From assembly GCA_964016885.1 (NCBI GenBank), contig OZ024764.1, positions 4,836,001 to 4,900,000 of the forward strand: 64,000 nucleotides of DNA, written 5' to 3'. The stretch comes from Eledone cirrhosa (lineage: Eukaryota). The translations under genes and the position numbers were made by a program. Positions 1 through 14,166 of the stretch are shown here, piece by piece. The notes beneath the pieces are model-generated. The model did not search any database. It was not told the DNA's origin and saw nothing but the letters and a program-made list of their open reading frames with translations. Position 1 is the first letter of the stretch, and each line of letters begins with the position of its first letter.

Positions 1-455
1 GTGAGGAGCGCGATGCTGCATGGTAGTGAGACATGGGCAGCTACCGCAGAAGATATGCGACGGCTGGAGAGAAATGAGGCAAGCATGCTCCGTTGGATGT
101 GCAGTGTAAATGTGCGTGAACGACCCAGCATAAATGTGTTGAGAGAGAAACTGTGTCTGAGAGGGATAGAATGTAGTGTACGGGAGAGGAGACTGAGGTG
201 GTATGGACATGTGATGCGCATGGAGGATGACCGATGGGTGAAGAAGTGCCAGGAAATGCCAGTTGAAGGAAGACGTGGTAGAGGTAGACCACGAAAAACA
301 TGGGCGGAGGTGGTGAGAACAGACCTCAGATCATTGAAGCTCACGGTGGAGATGACGAGGGACCGTGACGAGTGGAGAGATGCTGTGCTGAATAAGACCC
401 GTCCCACCCTTGCAAGCAGGGAAAAGCGGACGTTAAATGATGATGATGATGATGA
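1..455 (+). mobile_element. RTE-clade LINE 3' end (C-terminal ORF plus (GAT)n tail)
   Basis: ORF 1..501 has MLHGSETW / RLRWYGHVMR / GRGRPRKTW motifs and ends in GCAAGCAGGGAAAAGCGGACGTTAAA(TGA)n. Confidence 0.9.
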
Positions 456-542
456 TATGTGTGGTGTGTGTATATATGTGTGTGTGTGTGTGTATATGTG
501 ATATACAGACATGTATATAATGTGAAATGAAACTGGAAGGCC

Positions 543-574
<32 letters not shown>

Positions 575-631
575 GTGTGTGTATATATTTGATATACAGA
601 CATGTATATAATGTGAAATGAAACTGGAAGG

Positions 632-675
<44 letters not shown>

Positions 676-991
676 GTGTGTGTATATATTTGATATACAG
701 ACATGTATATAATGTGAAATGAAACTGGAAGGCCTATATATATATATATGTGTGTGGTGTGTGTATATATGTGATATACAGACATGTATATAATGTGAAA
801 TGAAACAGGAAGGCCTATATATATATATATATATATGTGTGGTGTGTGTATATATGTGATATACAGACATGTATATAATGTGAAATGAAACTGGAAGGCC
901 TATATATATATATATATGTGTGGTGTGTGTATATATGTGATATACAGACATGTATATAATGTGAAATGAAACAGGAAGGCCTATATATATA
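456..991. repeat. ~62-75 bp minisatellite, left part
   Basis: Tandem units ...GTGATATACAGACATGTATATAATGTGAAATGAAACTGGAAGGCC(TA)n(TG)n. Confidence 0.95.
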
Positions 992-2470
992 TGTGTCCTC
1001 TCCTCCGTAGGATCAGCATAGAATTGGTCCCTGGCAGCTTTCAGGTGTTCTCTGGCTGCACACACTTTTGGGTTTGCAGAGCTGACGTGCTTCCCTTTGT
1101 TCTTTTTCCTCGGCACCAGGGTTTCACTTGCTTCCGCCACTGCATTGGCGAAGTGCCCGTACCTCCTCGTCACACTCTCCCCACTCCATCCAATCTCTCT
1201 CTCCTCTGACTCTCCACACAGAGCACTAAACCTGTTTCTCACTTCCACTGTGAACCTCTCCTGTAGCTTATCATCTTCCTTGAAAGCTCCCCAGTCATAG
1301 ATTGTTCTCCGGGACTGAGCCTTGCTCTTTCTTAAGCTCACGCGGACCTCACTCATAAAAAGCCGGTGGTCACTACCCAGTGTACTGAAATAGCTGTATG
1401 GTTCCGTGTTCAGAACACTATTCCGCCACTTTTTCCTCACCAGAATGAAATCAATCTGGGACTTGGACAGGTGCATATCTGAGATGTAGGTCCACATCTT
1501 CCCCAGATTCTTCCTAAACCTTAGGTTGGTCGCCATCAAGTTCGCCTCCAGCAGGGTGTCTCTCAGTAGTCTTCCATTTCGGTTGGTGTTGTTATGGAAG
1601 TACCAGCAAGGATCTTCACTGCCCTCCTTACTCAGATGTGCATTGAAGTCCCCCAAAACAAGCAGGATATTGTGTGCCTGAGTGGTGTTGACAGCTCTAC
1701 ACACCTCCTCATGGAACTCTTCCGCATTCACATCACTGTCCCCCTTGGTTGGACTATAGGCTGAGATGACTGTCAGTCTTGGGTTTCCATTGAAGGTCAC
1801 CCTCAACACTCGCGGGGAGACAGGCATTATTTCCCTCACCAACAGATTGGTTTTTGCACTGAACACAAAACCCACTCCTCCTACTGCAGCATTTGTTGTG
1901 TTCTTCACTGCCGATGTAGTGATGAGCTGGCTCTTCTTCCCGATCATCACACTCCTCACGGGCTCATCGTGTAGAATCCTGTGTTCTTGGATTGCAAGTA
2001 TCTGTATACCACTCTCCTCGAACAGATGTCCCAACTCCTCTCTCTTCTCCAGCGTCCGAATAGTCCTCACATTCAAAGTGCCCATTTTGATGGCTCTTCT
2101 GCCGGACAAAACTGCATTCTTTATATTTGTCTCAGAGACAGCTGATCCATCATCCACTGGCCCTCTCTGTGGCTCTAAGCCAGCAGAGTCATAACGACCA
2201 GGCTGCTCCTTGACAGTGTAATTAGGGGCTCTAACCCTAGTGCTGTTAGATCGACTCTCCATATTTCTTTTCAATGGCTGACAATACCTTACCGGCGCCA
2301 CTCGAATAAGGTAGTTATTTAACCCATAAATGGAGCCCTAACAGGTACTACCACCCGGGCCAGGGCAGACCTGGGAGTCATGACAACTAAGGGGTAACTC
2401 CACATTCCCCACATCTCCTGAACTCCCCAACTGGAGCCTTGCCACTGGATGTAGTTTAATGTCATACCCA
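992..2470 (-). mobile_element. Inverted 5' half of an RTE-like LINE (5' UTR plus AP endonuclease)
   Basis: ORF from 2301 on the minus strand has APE motifs GTLNVRT, IQEHR, SAYSPT, LGDFNA, SQIDFIL, SDH. Confidence 0.9.
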
Positions 2471-4275
2471 GGTGGAGGTGATGAGGGAAGAGCTCTGTAC
2501 CGCTTACACTGAGGTCAGAGAGGAGGCACTGATAGAGAAGATCAGAAGTGTGGAGAGAGCGGTTGACAGATCTGGATGTAAGGAGAGCTGGATGATCATC
2601 AGCGAGATCACAGGGAGGAAGAGAAGGTGTTCGAGTCAGATCCAGGGAACGGGGCCCGAGGATAGGAAGAGGAAATGGCTAGACCATTTTAGGACCCTAC
2701 TAGGAGAGCCACCCTCCACAGCCCAGAGCACTGGGGAGATCAGGCGGCTGTTTGAGGATGGATGTTGAGACAGAGCCCTTCACCAGAGAGGAGCTTCAGA
2801 GAGCCAAGAAGAGGATCAAGGAGGGCAAGGCTCATGGAGAAGATGGAGTGGCATCAGAGGTGATGAAGAGGTGTGATTTTGATGATATCATCCTGGGGTT
2901 CTGTAACGGGGCACTGGAGAAAGGAGTTGCCCCGAATCAGTGGAGGATCAGTAACATCGTCCTAGTGCCAAAGAAGGGAGATCTCTCTAACACCAACAAC
3001 TACTGGGGGATCTCACTGACGTCACTTGTGGCAAAGACCCTTAACAGGATCCAGCCTGAGATGGAGAAGAAGCTCAGGGACAACCAGAACGGCTTCAGAG
3101 AGGGTAGATCAACCACCAGTCACATCCTGATGCTGAGGAGGATATTAGAGGGAGCTAGAGCAAAGTGCCTTTCTGCGGTCATGGTTTTCATTGACTTTAG
3201 GAAGGCCTTTGATTCTGTGGACCGTTACTGCCTGATGAAGATCTTACAGGCTTATGGAATCCCCAAGAAGATAGTGGACCTGATATCACTGCTCTACACC
3301 AACACCAAAGCCCAAGTCATTACACCTGATGGGATGACAGAGTTCTTTGAGATACTGGCTGGAGTGCTCCAGGGAGATACATTGGCTCCCTACCTTTTTA
3401 TCATCGTAGTGGACTATTGTATGTGCCTTGCACTGGAGAAACACCAGGACTCTGGCTTTACTGTAGCACCGGCTCAGAGCAGGAGAGTTAGGGCGAAAAA
3501 GGTATCGGATGCTGAATTTGCCGACGACATAGTTTTGGTGACAAATACAGTGAAGGAGGCAGAGGATTTGATGCGGGAGGTTGAGACTGTGTCGATGAGT
3601 GTGGGGCTGAGAATGAATGAGACTAAAACAAAATATCTGGTAGAGAATGTTGAGAAGCCAGAGGGGATCACTAATGTAGGCGGGAAGTCGCTGGAATTGG
3701 TTGAGGACTTCCTGTATTTGGGAGCAAAGATTGGGAATACGGAAGATGATGTGGTTGAGAGGAAGAGCAAGGCCTGGGCGGCGTGCCACAGCTTGAGATC
3801 GGTGTGGAAGTCGGACCTTCGTGGAGACCTGAAAATCCGCCTCTTCATTGCTGTAGTGGAGTCTGTGCTGCTGTATGGGTCTGAGACTTGGACACTGACC
3901 AAGAAACTCACTCAGATGGTGGATGGGTGCTACACGAGAATGCTGAGGATGGCTCTGAACATTAATCAGTATACACTGAGGATGAAAAACTCAGAGCTGT
4001 ATGGGGGCATCCCAAAAGTCAGCTCAAAAGTGACACAGAGGAGACTGAGGTTAGCTGGACATGCTCACCGACATCCAGAGTTGACATTACACTCAGTGCT
4101 CCTGTGGGAGCCCCTACATGGACACACTAGAAGAGGAAGACCAAGGTTAACGTATGTTGATGCCCTAAGGACAGACACTGGTCTGTTGGAGATACAGGAC
4201 ATGGCAGCGATAATGAGGGACAGAGACCGCTGGAGAGAACTCGTCCATGGATCTCGGGAATTTTACCCGCCTTAG
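2471..4275 (+). mobile_element. 3' half of the same LINE (reverse transcriptase), with a frameshift near 2760
   Basis: ORFs 2472..2768 and 2752..4275 contain QNGFR, FIDFRKAFDSV, GVLQGDTLAPYLF, FADD, LLYGSETW, RLRLAGH. Confidence 0.92.
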
Positions 4276-4747
4276 ATATATGTGTATGGTGTGTGTATAT
4301 ATGTGATATACAGACATGTATATAATGTGAAATGAAACTGGAAGGCCTATATATATATATGTGTGTGGTGTGTGTATATATGTGATATACAGACATGTAT
4401 ATAATGTGAAATGAAACTGGAAGGCCTATATATATATATGTGTGTGGTGTGTGTATATATGTGACATACAGACATGTATATAATGTGAAATGAAACTGGA
4501 AGGCCTATATATATATATATGTGTGTGTGCTGTGTGTATATATGTGATATACAGACATGTATATGTGAAATGAAACTGGAAGGCCTATATATATATGTAT
4601 ATATGTGTGGTGTGTGTATATATGTGATATACAGACATGTATATAATGTGAAATGAAACTGGAAGGCCTATATATATATATGTGTGTGTGTGGTGTGTAT
4701 ATATGTGATATACAGACATGTATATAATGTGAAATGAAACTGGAAGG

Positions 4748-4783
<36 letters not shown>

Positions 4784-5370
4784 GTGTGTGTATATATGTG
4801 ATATACAGACATGTATATAATGTGAAATGAAACTGAAAGGCCTATATATATATATATATGTGTGTGTGTGGTGTGTATATATGTGATATACAGACATGTA
4901 TATAACGTGAAATGAAACTGGAAGGCCTATATATATATATATATATATGTGTGTGGTGTGTGTATATATGTGATATACAGACATGTATATAATGTGAAAT
5001 GAAACTGGAAGGCCTATATATATGTGTGTGTGTATATATGTGATATACAGACATGTATATAATGTGAAATGAAACTGAAAGGCCTATATATATATATATA
5101 TGTGTGTGGTGTGTGTATATATGTGTGTGTGTGTATATGTGATATACAGACATGTATATAATGTGAAATGAAACTGGAATGCCTATATATATATGTATAT
5201 GTGTGGTGTGTGTATATATGTGTGTGTGTGTATATATGTGATATACAGACATGTATATAATGTGAAATGAAACTGGAAGGCCTATATATATATATGTGTG
5301 GTGTGTGTATATATGTGTGTGTGTGTGTGTGTATACATATATATATGTATGTGTGTGTGTGTCTGTGATC
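4276..5370. repeat. Same minisatellite, right part
   Basis: Same unit as 456-991; the array is interrupted by the LINE. Confidence 0.95.
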
Positions 5371-6210
5371 AATATACACTGGTCATAGACACACACACAT
5401 ATACACAACACCACCACCAGCTCTCTCTTCCATTCTCCTTCTCTCTCTCTCTCTCACAACCACTATCTCTATCTCCCTCTCTTTATGAAGGTACCCTGTA
5501 AAAACCCATATCTCGGGAACCCGTGGTCAGATTTACACAAAACTTGTTTTATTCCATTTGTATTCCCACTCAGGGGCAACTTCCTTTCAAAATATTTTTC
5601 CCGTTATGTGCCCATACTTTTAGTAATAGATAGATAGGTCAATTTTTATAAACCATGTTTTACTTTAAACAGTATAATGGTAGAAATATAGTCCAGTGTT
5701 AAAATTCTACATAGGCACCATTGATGTCTACCAGTGTTTATAATTGTCTGGGTATATCCTTGACTCACTACAGGAACTTGGGCAATATACAGGGTGGAAG
5801 GAAACTCCCTATTTAAAATTGGTAACACAACAACACCACCAGCTCTCTCTCTCTTCCATTCTCCTTCTCTGTCTCCTCTCCCTCTCTCTATGTCTCTCTT
5901 TCAAGCTACTCTGTCACAACCACTATCTCTTTCTCTCTCTATTTATGAAGCTACCCAGAAGACTGTCCAGAAATAGCCGTCGAAACGGCTTGAGCTCTGC
6001 CGTTGGGGTCAAATATTTTCCTATATAAATATATATATATATTTAATGTATAATAAAAAATACAATATAATTACCTCATTACCAAAGGTTTCCCAAATAC
6101 AAGAAACGTCCGCATTCGTTCGTCAGACAAGGCAATTTAAAACAGTGAAATATTTGAAAATCTCCTCAAAAAAGGCTAAAAGTTTAACGGGCAAAAAATA
6201 AATAAAAGTA

Positions 6211-6401
6211 ATAATTGTTTCTACTTTAGGCACAAGGCCAGCAATTACCCAGTGCATTACTGGTACTTTATTTTATCGACCCCGTAAGGATGAAAGGCAA
6301 AGTCAACCTCGGCGGGATTTGAACTCAGATTGTAAAGGGACATAACTATGCTGGAAAGCATGGCGTCCGACCCTCTACCGATACTGCCAATCCACCGCCC
6401 T
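6211..6401 (-). mobile_element. tRNA-derived SINE with Nin-type core (family A). Other copies at about 21625-21737, 24634-24826, 27044-27335, 29260-29390, 35763-35873, 39927-40264, 46682-46869, 54496-54608, 57250-57360, 58275-58612
   Basis: Minus strand has A-box TGGCAGTATCGG, B-box GAGTTCAAATCC, core CCTTTCATCCTTACGGGGTCGATAAAATAAAGTACCAG and an (ATT)n-like tail; dispersed copies. Confidence 0.85.
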
Positions 6402-6855
6402 TATAAAATAAAAGTAATAATACAAGACATGTATAAAAAATAAAAATAAAGAAATATAGTAAGGGGATGTGTGTATATGCACATACAAATGTACATGTGT
6501 ATATGTGTGTGTACAACTGCATGTGTATAGTGAAAAAATGTGTGCGTAAGTACATACATGAGGGCAAACATATTAGTGTATGTGTGACCACAAATACATA
6601 TATATATATGTTGAAAATAGAAATTGTAAGATAATAGAGTTAGCGTACATACAGACTCAGGGACTAAGGGCTGAAATATATACACATACAAGGATGAAAG
6701 GACGCACACGTATAAACATACACACACGCACAACCACATACATGTATGTGGTATATACAGGGAAGGGAGTGTATAAAGTCAACGCAGTGTCAGACGGAAG
6801 GTCGATACAAATAAAATATGATGTATATAAGATAAGAATAAAAAAAAAAAATTAA

Positions 6856-9735
6856 GGGATGCAGTTTGTTCCATGCTTCAGCAACTCCTCTAAGCGTGAA
6901 AAAATGTCTACGAAAGTCATGGGAGCTGTGCTGTTTTCTGACTTTGTAGGCATGCCCACGGGTGTTAGACACATCGAGATCAAAAAGGTTCTCAGGGTTG
7001 TTGTTGGCGAGATGGTTAATAACTTTGTGGGTGTTTACCAAGTCCATTGCCATACGTCGGAGCTTCAATAAATCCATGCCCAGGGAAGCAAGACATTCAA
7101 AGTATGGTAGGTGTCTGATGGAGGGTATACGCTTGGTTGCACGTCTCTGAACAGTTTCCAGGAGGTCAATGTTCTGAGCAAGATAGGGGTTCCAGACTGA
7201 TGATGCGAATTCCAAGTGTGGTTGTACCATAGCTGTATACAGCTTTAAATAGATGGCTGGAGAGCGGCTAACAAAGGTCTTGCTGAGTGATGCCAAGATG
7301 CCCTCGGCCTTCTTGACAATTTTAGACATGTGCTTTGTCCAACGCAAATCGCTGCTGACAGTAATACCCAGGTCACGTTCGCAAGATATCAGTGTTGTGG
7401 AGGGAGTATGTAGACGCTGGATTTTTCCTCCCAAAATGCATGGTGGTATACTTGTCCACAGCCAGCTTCAGTTGCCAGTCTGTGATCCATTGCTGCATTG
7501 TGTCCAGGTCTGATTGTAGGAAAGAGTTATAGATTTCAGAATCTGTCCTTTTGATTTATTTCAAGGTACAGCTTGATGTCATCTGTATACTGTGGCATTC
7601 TTTAGGTTGTCATCTATGTCATTAATGTATGCAACAAACAAAAGGGGACCAAGAACAGATCCCTGTGGTACACCAGATGACATCTCATATGGTGAAGAAT
7701 GCTGTCCTAGAACCGTGACTACCTCTTTTCGGCTGAGAATGAAGGATTTCAACCAGTCGAAAAGATCATCCTTCACACCCATTGCAGAGAGTTTCGTCAT
7801 AAGTCTTTTGTGTGGCACAGAATTAAAAGCCTTAGCGAAGTCAAGGTAGACAACATCCACCCATGAGCCGCTGTCAGTGATCCGAGTAATGTCTTCAAGA
7901 AACTCGATAAGCTGTTCACAGCAGCTGGAGTTAGGGATAAATCCAAACAGCGAGGGCCGGATGAGGCTGTGAGAGCTCCAGAAGTTCCAAAGTGTTTCTC
8001 TGACACAGGATTCCATCAGTTTGGCAATACAGCTAGTAAGACTGACTGGACGATAGTTGACAGGTGACGTGCGGTCGACCTTTTTGAACAGGGGAATGAC
8101 ACTGGCAGTTTTCCACTGCTCCGGAGTAGCACCATTGTTGAGACAGTATTGAAAGAAGAAAGAAAGCTGGTGCAAAAGGAAATACCCGCAACGTTTGAGA
8201 AGCAGGTATGTCACACCATCAAGACCAGGAGAGGCATAGTTGTGCTTGTTCTTAAGGTGACGTCACAGCATTGCAGGTGTAAATTCCATAGTTGTTATGG
8301 AATTTGATGTTAGAGATGGTGGAGATGGTACATTCTGGTTTTCAACAGTAAAAATGCTTGCATAGCACTCAGCAATGAGTTCTGTGCATTCTTTGGGATC
8401 ATCAGTGATCTGGCTTGTGTGAGGATTGCGAAGAAGATCAACTGGAGAGTGAGGTCTCTGCTTTGAATGTACATATTTCCAGAACACCTTACTGTCAGGA
8501 TTGGTTACTATGCCCTGTTCAAATTCAAGCACTGCCGTTTTTGTCACTTGCTTGAGATGGTTGGAAGATTTATTCTGCTTTTTTCTGTTGGCATCTGATT
8601 TATGCAATTTATATTCTCGTTCAACATTCCAACATTCTTTCCTGGCAAGTCGGACTGCTGAGGTTTCCCAAATTGCACTTTTGAGGTGGTTTTTTTCTGC
8701 TTACATGGCACTGATGCTGCACACGCTATCCATATTGAGTTCAGGATGCTCTGGAGTATAGCGTTCACATCTCCAGAGTTATAGAACTCATGCCAGTTTG
8801 GGCTCTGTAGCTCAGTGCAGTACAAGTTCCAATCTGCTTTCTTCCAATCAAAGCAAGCAGATTGGAGATGGTTCAGGTTTTTGTTGCTGCCCGCAAGAGC
8901 CAGATTGGCAATGATCATAGCATGATCCGAGTCGCCTAGAGGTTCCTCAGTAGTACAACTGATAACCCCTTCAGGAGTAGTGGTGAAGAGCAGGTCCAAA
9001 GTGTTGTCACCCCTTGTTGGAGAGGTGACTACTTGTGACCAGTTTGAGTCCAGCACTAGCCCAAGGAAATCGTTTGCACTTTGTGGCAAACGAAAAGTTT
9101 CCCAATCGATTTCAGGATGATTGAAGTCACCTGCAATAAACACATAAGTGGCTGTTTTCCTGGCAGCAGCTCTGAGGGTATCGCAAAGCTGTGTGTCCTG
9201 ATGGTAGTTTGGGGGGGAGATAAACAACACCAAGTAGCAGTGTTGATATGGTCATACGTATGTCACAGAAAAAAACTTCTTGTGATTCATTCAAATCAAC
9301 GCAAGGAATTACCGAAAAATTTGAACGAACGTAGACCATCACACCACCACCACGGCGATTAATGCGGTCCTTGCGAAACAGGTTGTACCCAGTAATGCTG
9401 AAAACCCCACCACAGAGTAAGGAATGCGCCCATGTTTCCGTGACTGTGATGAAGTCAGGGTCGATGCTTCTGACGTAGGAGTTAAACAGATGTATCTTGT
9501 TGTATAAACTGCGAGCATTTAAGGACAACAATTTGTACCCTGCTTGCCGTTTATGATAGTGTGTAGAGGATGGCAGGTTGTTCTGGTTTAGTTTCCCAGA
9601 GTTGTTGCAGTTTTTTCATTGCCAGTTATTGTGGGTAGAGCGCACTCAGACCAGCTGGTATCTCTCTTTCACGTTTCACCAGCCTTAACAAACCTCCAGA
9701 TCTACCCATCATCACGCAGACTAAAACTTTCATGT
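6856..9735 (-). mobile_element. CR1-clade LINE ORF2 (APE plus RT), frameshifted
   Basis: SLNARSL, VTETW, GDFNHP, SDH, NYRPVSLTS, VYLDFAKAFNSVPH, SGVPQGSVLGPLLF, ERDLG, VQRRATK, TRGH motifs across split ORFs. Confidence 0.92.
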
Positions 9736-10748
9736 TGTGCTGAGTTCCGATTCAAGGAAGTTGCAGCACGTATACGAGGGGGGAACAAAAAGTTATATCC
9801 TTACTAGAAGATGTGACAAAGTGTCTGTTGTAAACACTAAATCGCTCCCCCGTGAAGAATGCACCTCCCAACAGAGCCTAGTAGTTAGTGACCTCACAGT
9901 CAGAAATAGACGTACTCGACGACAGAGGAGGCCTACCTTGAGGAGAAGAATATGGAAGTTGAAGGACCCCATAGCCAGTGACAAATTTAAAAGCTTATTA
10001 CTTGATGCCTTTGACAATAAGGAAGAGCAATTAGAGACGTGCGATATAGGAAGAACAGTGGCAATTCTTGAAAGTGAACCGGCTGAAAGCAACGGATGAA
10101 ATCTGTGGCTGGAGCAGACCTATTGGCAGGAGGAGAGTAACTTGGTGGTGGAACAGTAAGGTAGAAGAAACAATCAAGGCCAAAAAGCAGGTTTGGAAAG
10201 TATGGCAGGATGGGGGGAAGTAGAGAGCACTATCAAGTGGCCAGGAGAAAAGCTAGGAGACAAGTGTACCTTGCAAAAAGGGAAGCAGAGGATAGAAAGT
10301 TCAAGCATGTTCTACAACGCGAGGAGCAAAAACGTGAGGTGTTCAGGATTGCTAGACAATGTGTCAAGGAAAACCGTGATATTGTCGGGGAGAAGTGTGT
10401 CCGTAATGATAATGGTGTACTTGCCCTCACTGATGCTGATAAGAAGATAGCCTGGAAGTGTCACTACGAGAGACTATTAAATGAGGAGAATAAGTGGGAA
10501 AAAGATCCAATAGAAGGACCAGCAGTGCAAGTTAAAGGTAATATAATAAGTAAGGCAATCAAAGATATGAAGACAGGCAAAGCAGCTGGGCCTTCGGAGA
10601 TAGTTGCTGAGATGTTGAAGGCATCTGGAATGGTGGGACATACTATGGTCACCCGTATAGTTAACCAAGTAATACAGAATGGGGGTCATACCAAAAGACT
10701 AGCAGCATCATCATTAACTGCTACAAGAGTAAAGGGGATGCTCTAGAT

Positions 10749-13700
10749 CAAAGGTTCTCAATGGGGGGCATATGCACCCCCGGGGAGCGTTTGGGAGCAA
10801 GGTTCCATAAGGGGGGTGATGGAAGGTTCTTTATTTTGGTAAGTTTTATAAGCCCTATTTGTATGTCTTTGAGACAGCCAGTGTGAATGCATTTGAATGA
10901 GCTTGCAGACAGCATAACTAGAGCCTGACTGCAACTGTGAGCAGGTGTGCAGGCGTGTCCGGTAATTGAGACATTAACCAGTAATTGAGATCTTAAAAAT
11001 GGAAAAACTCACAGTCAACTGGGTCAAGGATACTTATCTTATCTTTCCTTCACCGATAACAATGTATATCCTGTCTGAAATTATTGACTCAACCGTAACG
11101 AGTAAACACTATGTAGATCTATTTTATTCCCTATTGTGTAAATAATATTACAAATAGAAAAAGAAAAGAAAAAACAGAAGCGGGTAGCACACACATATAG
11201 GACTACATAAACACATAATCAGGTAATACACACATCTAGGACCACATACAACACACAGTCAGGTAATACATACATCTAGGACCACATACAACACATAAGC
11301 AGGTAATACAAACATCTAGGACCACATACAACACATAAGCAGGTAATACAAACATCTAGGACCACATACAACACATAAGGAGGTAATACACACATCTAGG
11401 ACCACATACAACACACAGTCAGGTAATACACACATCTAGGACCACATACAACATATAAGCAGGTAATACAAACATCTAGGACCACATACAACACATAAGC
11501 AGGTAATACAAACATCTAGGACCACATACAACACATAAGCAGGTAATACATACATCTAGGACCACATACAACATATAAGGAGGTAATACACACATCTAGG
11601 ACCACATACAACACATAAGCAGGTAATACATACATCTAGGACCACATACAACATATAATCAGGTAATGCACACATCTAGGACCACATACAACACATAAGG
11701 AGGTAATACACACATCTAGGACCACATACAACACATAAGGAGGTAATACACACATCTAGGACCACATACAACACATAAGCAGGTAATACACACATCTAGG
11801 ACCACATACAACACATAATCAGGTAATACAAACATCTAGGACCACATACAACACATAATCAGGTAATACACACATCTAGGACCACATACAACACATAATC
11901 AGGTAATACACACATCTAGGACCACATACAACACATAAGGAGGTAATACACACATCTAGGACCACATACAACACATAATCAGGTAATACAAACATCTAGG
12001 ACAACATACAACACATAATCAGATAATACACACATCTAGGACCACATACAACACATAATCAGGTAATACACACATCTAGGACCACATACAACACACAGGC
12101 AGGTAATACACACATCTAGGACCACATACAACACATAAGGAGGTAATACACACATCTAGGACCACATACAACACACAGTCAGGTAATACACACATCTAGG
12201 ACCACATACAACACACAGTCAGGTAATACACACATCTAGGACCACATACAACACATAAGGAGGTAATACACACATCTAGGACCACATACAACACATAAGC
12301 AGGTAATACATACATCTAGGACCACCTACAACACATAAGCAGGTAATACAAACATCTAGGACCACATACAACATATAATCAGGTAATGCACACATCTAGG
12401 ACCACATACAACACATAAGGAGGTAATACACACATCTAGGACCACATACAACACACATTGTATCATGTGCTATGGACGGCCAACGTAAGGGTTTCGTCAC
12501 TCTTCTGAAGAGAGAAAATCTATCTGTATTTGCTGTTCATTTTATCATTCATCGACAACACTTGGCTGTGAAGAAACTCAGCAAGCTGCTGAGCAAGCCC
12601 TTGTAGGTGGCCATTGATGCATCAATTTTATCAAACGGCATTCCTTCAATGAACAAATTTTCCGGCAACTGTGCCAAGAAAATGACGAAGAATTCGTCAA
12701 GTTGCTCCTTCATACTGAAGTGAGGTGGCTTTCAAAGGGCAAGTGCTTTACTCACTTCTTTGAACTCTTTGACTCTATCATTGAGTTTCTGCGAGGACGC
12801 AACACAGAACTGTACAAGAAAACCCTCAAGGTGAGGCAAGACTGCGCCTACCTCACCAACATCTTCAACAAATGCAATAGCGTCATTTTGGCTTTGCAGG
12901 GGAAGAAGATCACCTTGCTTAAAGCAAGGAATGCTGTGAAAACATTCCTGGCCAAATTGAATGTCATCGAAAGGAATCTTTGTTGACGGGAATTCTATAA
13001 TTTTCCTAGTGTCGCCAATGTTCAAAACATTGTAAGCGATGACCAACTCCAAATTTATACCACTCACCTGCGTGCGCTACAAGACAACATGAGAGAACGG
13101 TTTGTCAACCTTTTGCCGATGGACATCCCAATGTGGATAGCAGATCCCTTCATAGCTAACGTCGACGATTTGGACGTTAAATTTCAAGAAGAATTCATTG
13201 AACTCAAGCAGATGACATGATCAAAATTAGATTTCCCAAAATAGGTGAACCCCTTTTTGGGATGCAAGAGGAAATTCAGCGTTAATTTCCACACCTACAT
13301 GCAGAGGCTAAGAGATTTGCTTTGCCTTTTCCAAGCTCATACTTAGTCGAGAGGAGGTTTGGTGCTGTTTCCAGACTGCACAGTAAGTCTCGCAACCGCT
13401 ACAATGTAATTACACGTGGAGATCTCTGGCTACATCTTAGGAAAATTCAGCCTCACGTCAACAAGTTAGCTAGACTCCATGAAGCTCAAGGGTCCCATTG
13501 AAATGAGGTCAAAATTAAAGTAAGTTAATTTATCCGAAAACTTGGATATGCTATTGTTACAAAGCAAACTAATAATTTTTTTATTTGTAGTTGCAGTCTG
13601 ACTGGACTGGAAACCATCTACTACAATTCACTTACTCATTTGTTGTATATATTTTACCATTTACTAATAAATATACCCTCCCGCGTGGTCATGAAAACCC

Positions 13701-14166
13701 TCTTCCGTGGTCTCTAAGCTCACAAAGCAGAGGGGACATCAAGTTAGATATCAACATTTATTCTGTCCATTTCATTAAAGGGAACATTGGAAAGCTTTGA
13801 AATGATATAATTGCCACTTTCTTCCAGATAAGAGCACTCTTTGGATAGACAGAGTTGCTCTTGTATAAATGTTCAAAATAGCTGGTATCGCCTGGTGGGA
13901 ATATAACAAATTCAACTGGTCCTTATTCATAAAAAAGAACATTTATGTTCTTTTTTTTTTGAAATTTATATATTTCCTTTCAAGGAATGTATTTATACTC
14001 TCAGCTGCCTGCAATGGTATCTTTGGAATATTGTTAATCAATTTTTTAGTAATTTACTGATATCAAAATCAGTAGTATATGGGAAAATGGAAAAATAGGG
14101 TAGGGGCGTTTCATGATTTCGAGGGACAAAAAGGGGCGTTTGGCCTAAATGAGTTGAGAACCTGTG
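10749..14166 (+). mobile_element. hAT DNA transposon, Buster/Charlie type, decayed transposase at about 12460-13500
   Basis: Termini CAAAGGTTCTCAA...TTGAGAACCTGTG; 8-bp TSD CTCTAGAT at 10741-10748 and 14167-14174 (NNNTANNN); LLHTEVRWLSKG and FPSSYLVE-like motifs. Confidence 0.93.
11185..12457. repeat. 40-bp minisatellite (~31 copies) inside the hAT element
   Basis: Unit AGGTAATACACACATCTAGGACCACATACAACACATAAGC, variable in the last 4-5 nt. Confidence 0.97.

Noticed and set aside
433-991. 622-aa ORF with an HIY-rich C-terminus as a novel fusion protein
   Set aside because: The inverted LINE frame simply runs into the minisatellite.
11185-12457. CRISPR-like regular repeat
   Set aside because: Units are contiguous 40-mers with only a few recurring variants, no unique spacers, no cas genes, and a eukaryotic context.
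13519-13590. GTAAGT...TTTGTAG small intron
   Set aside because: Inside the hAT 3' region, so at most part of the transposon transcript and not evidence of a host gene.
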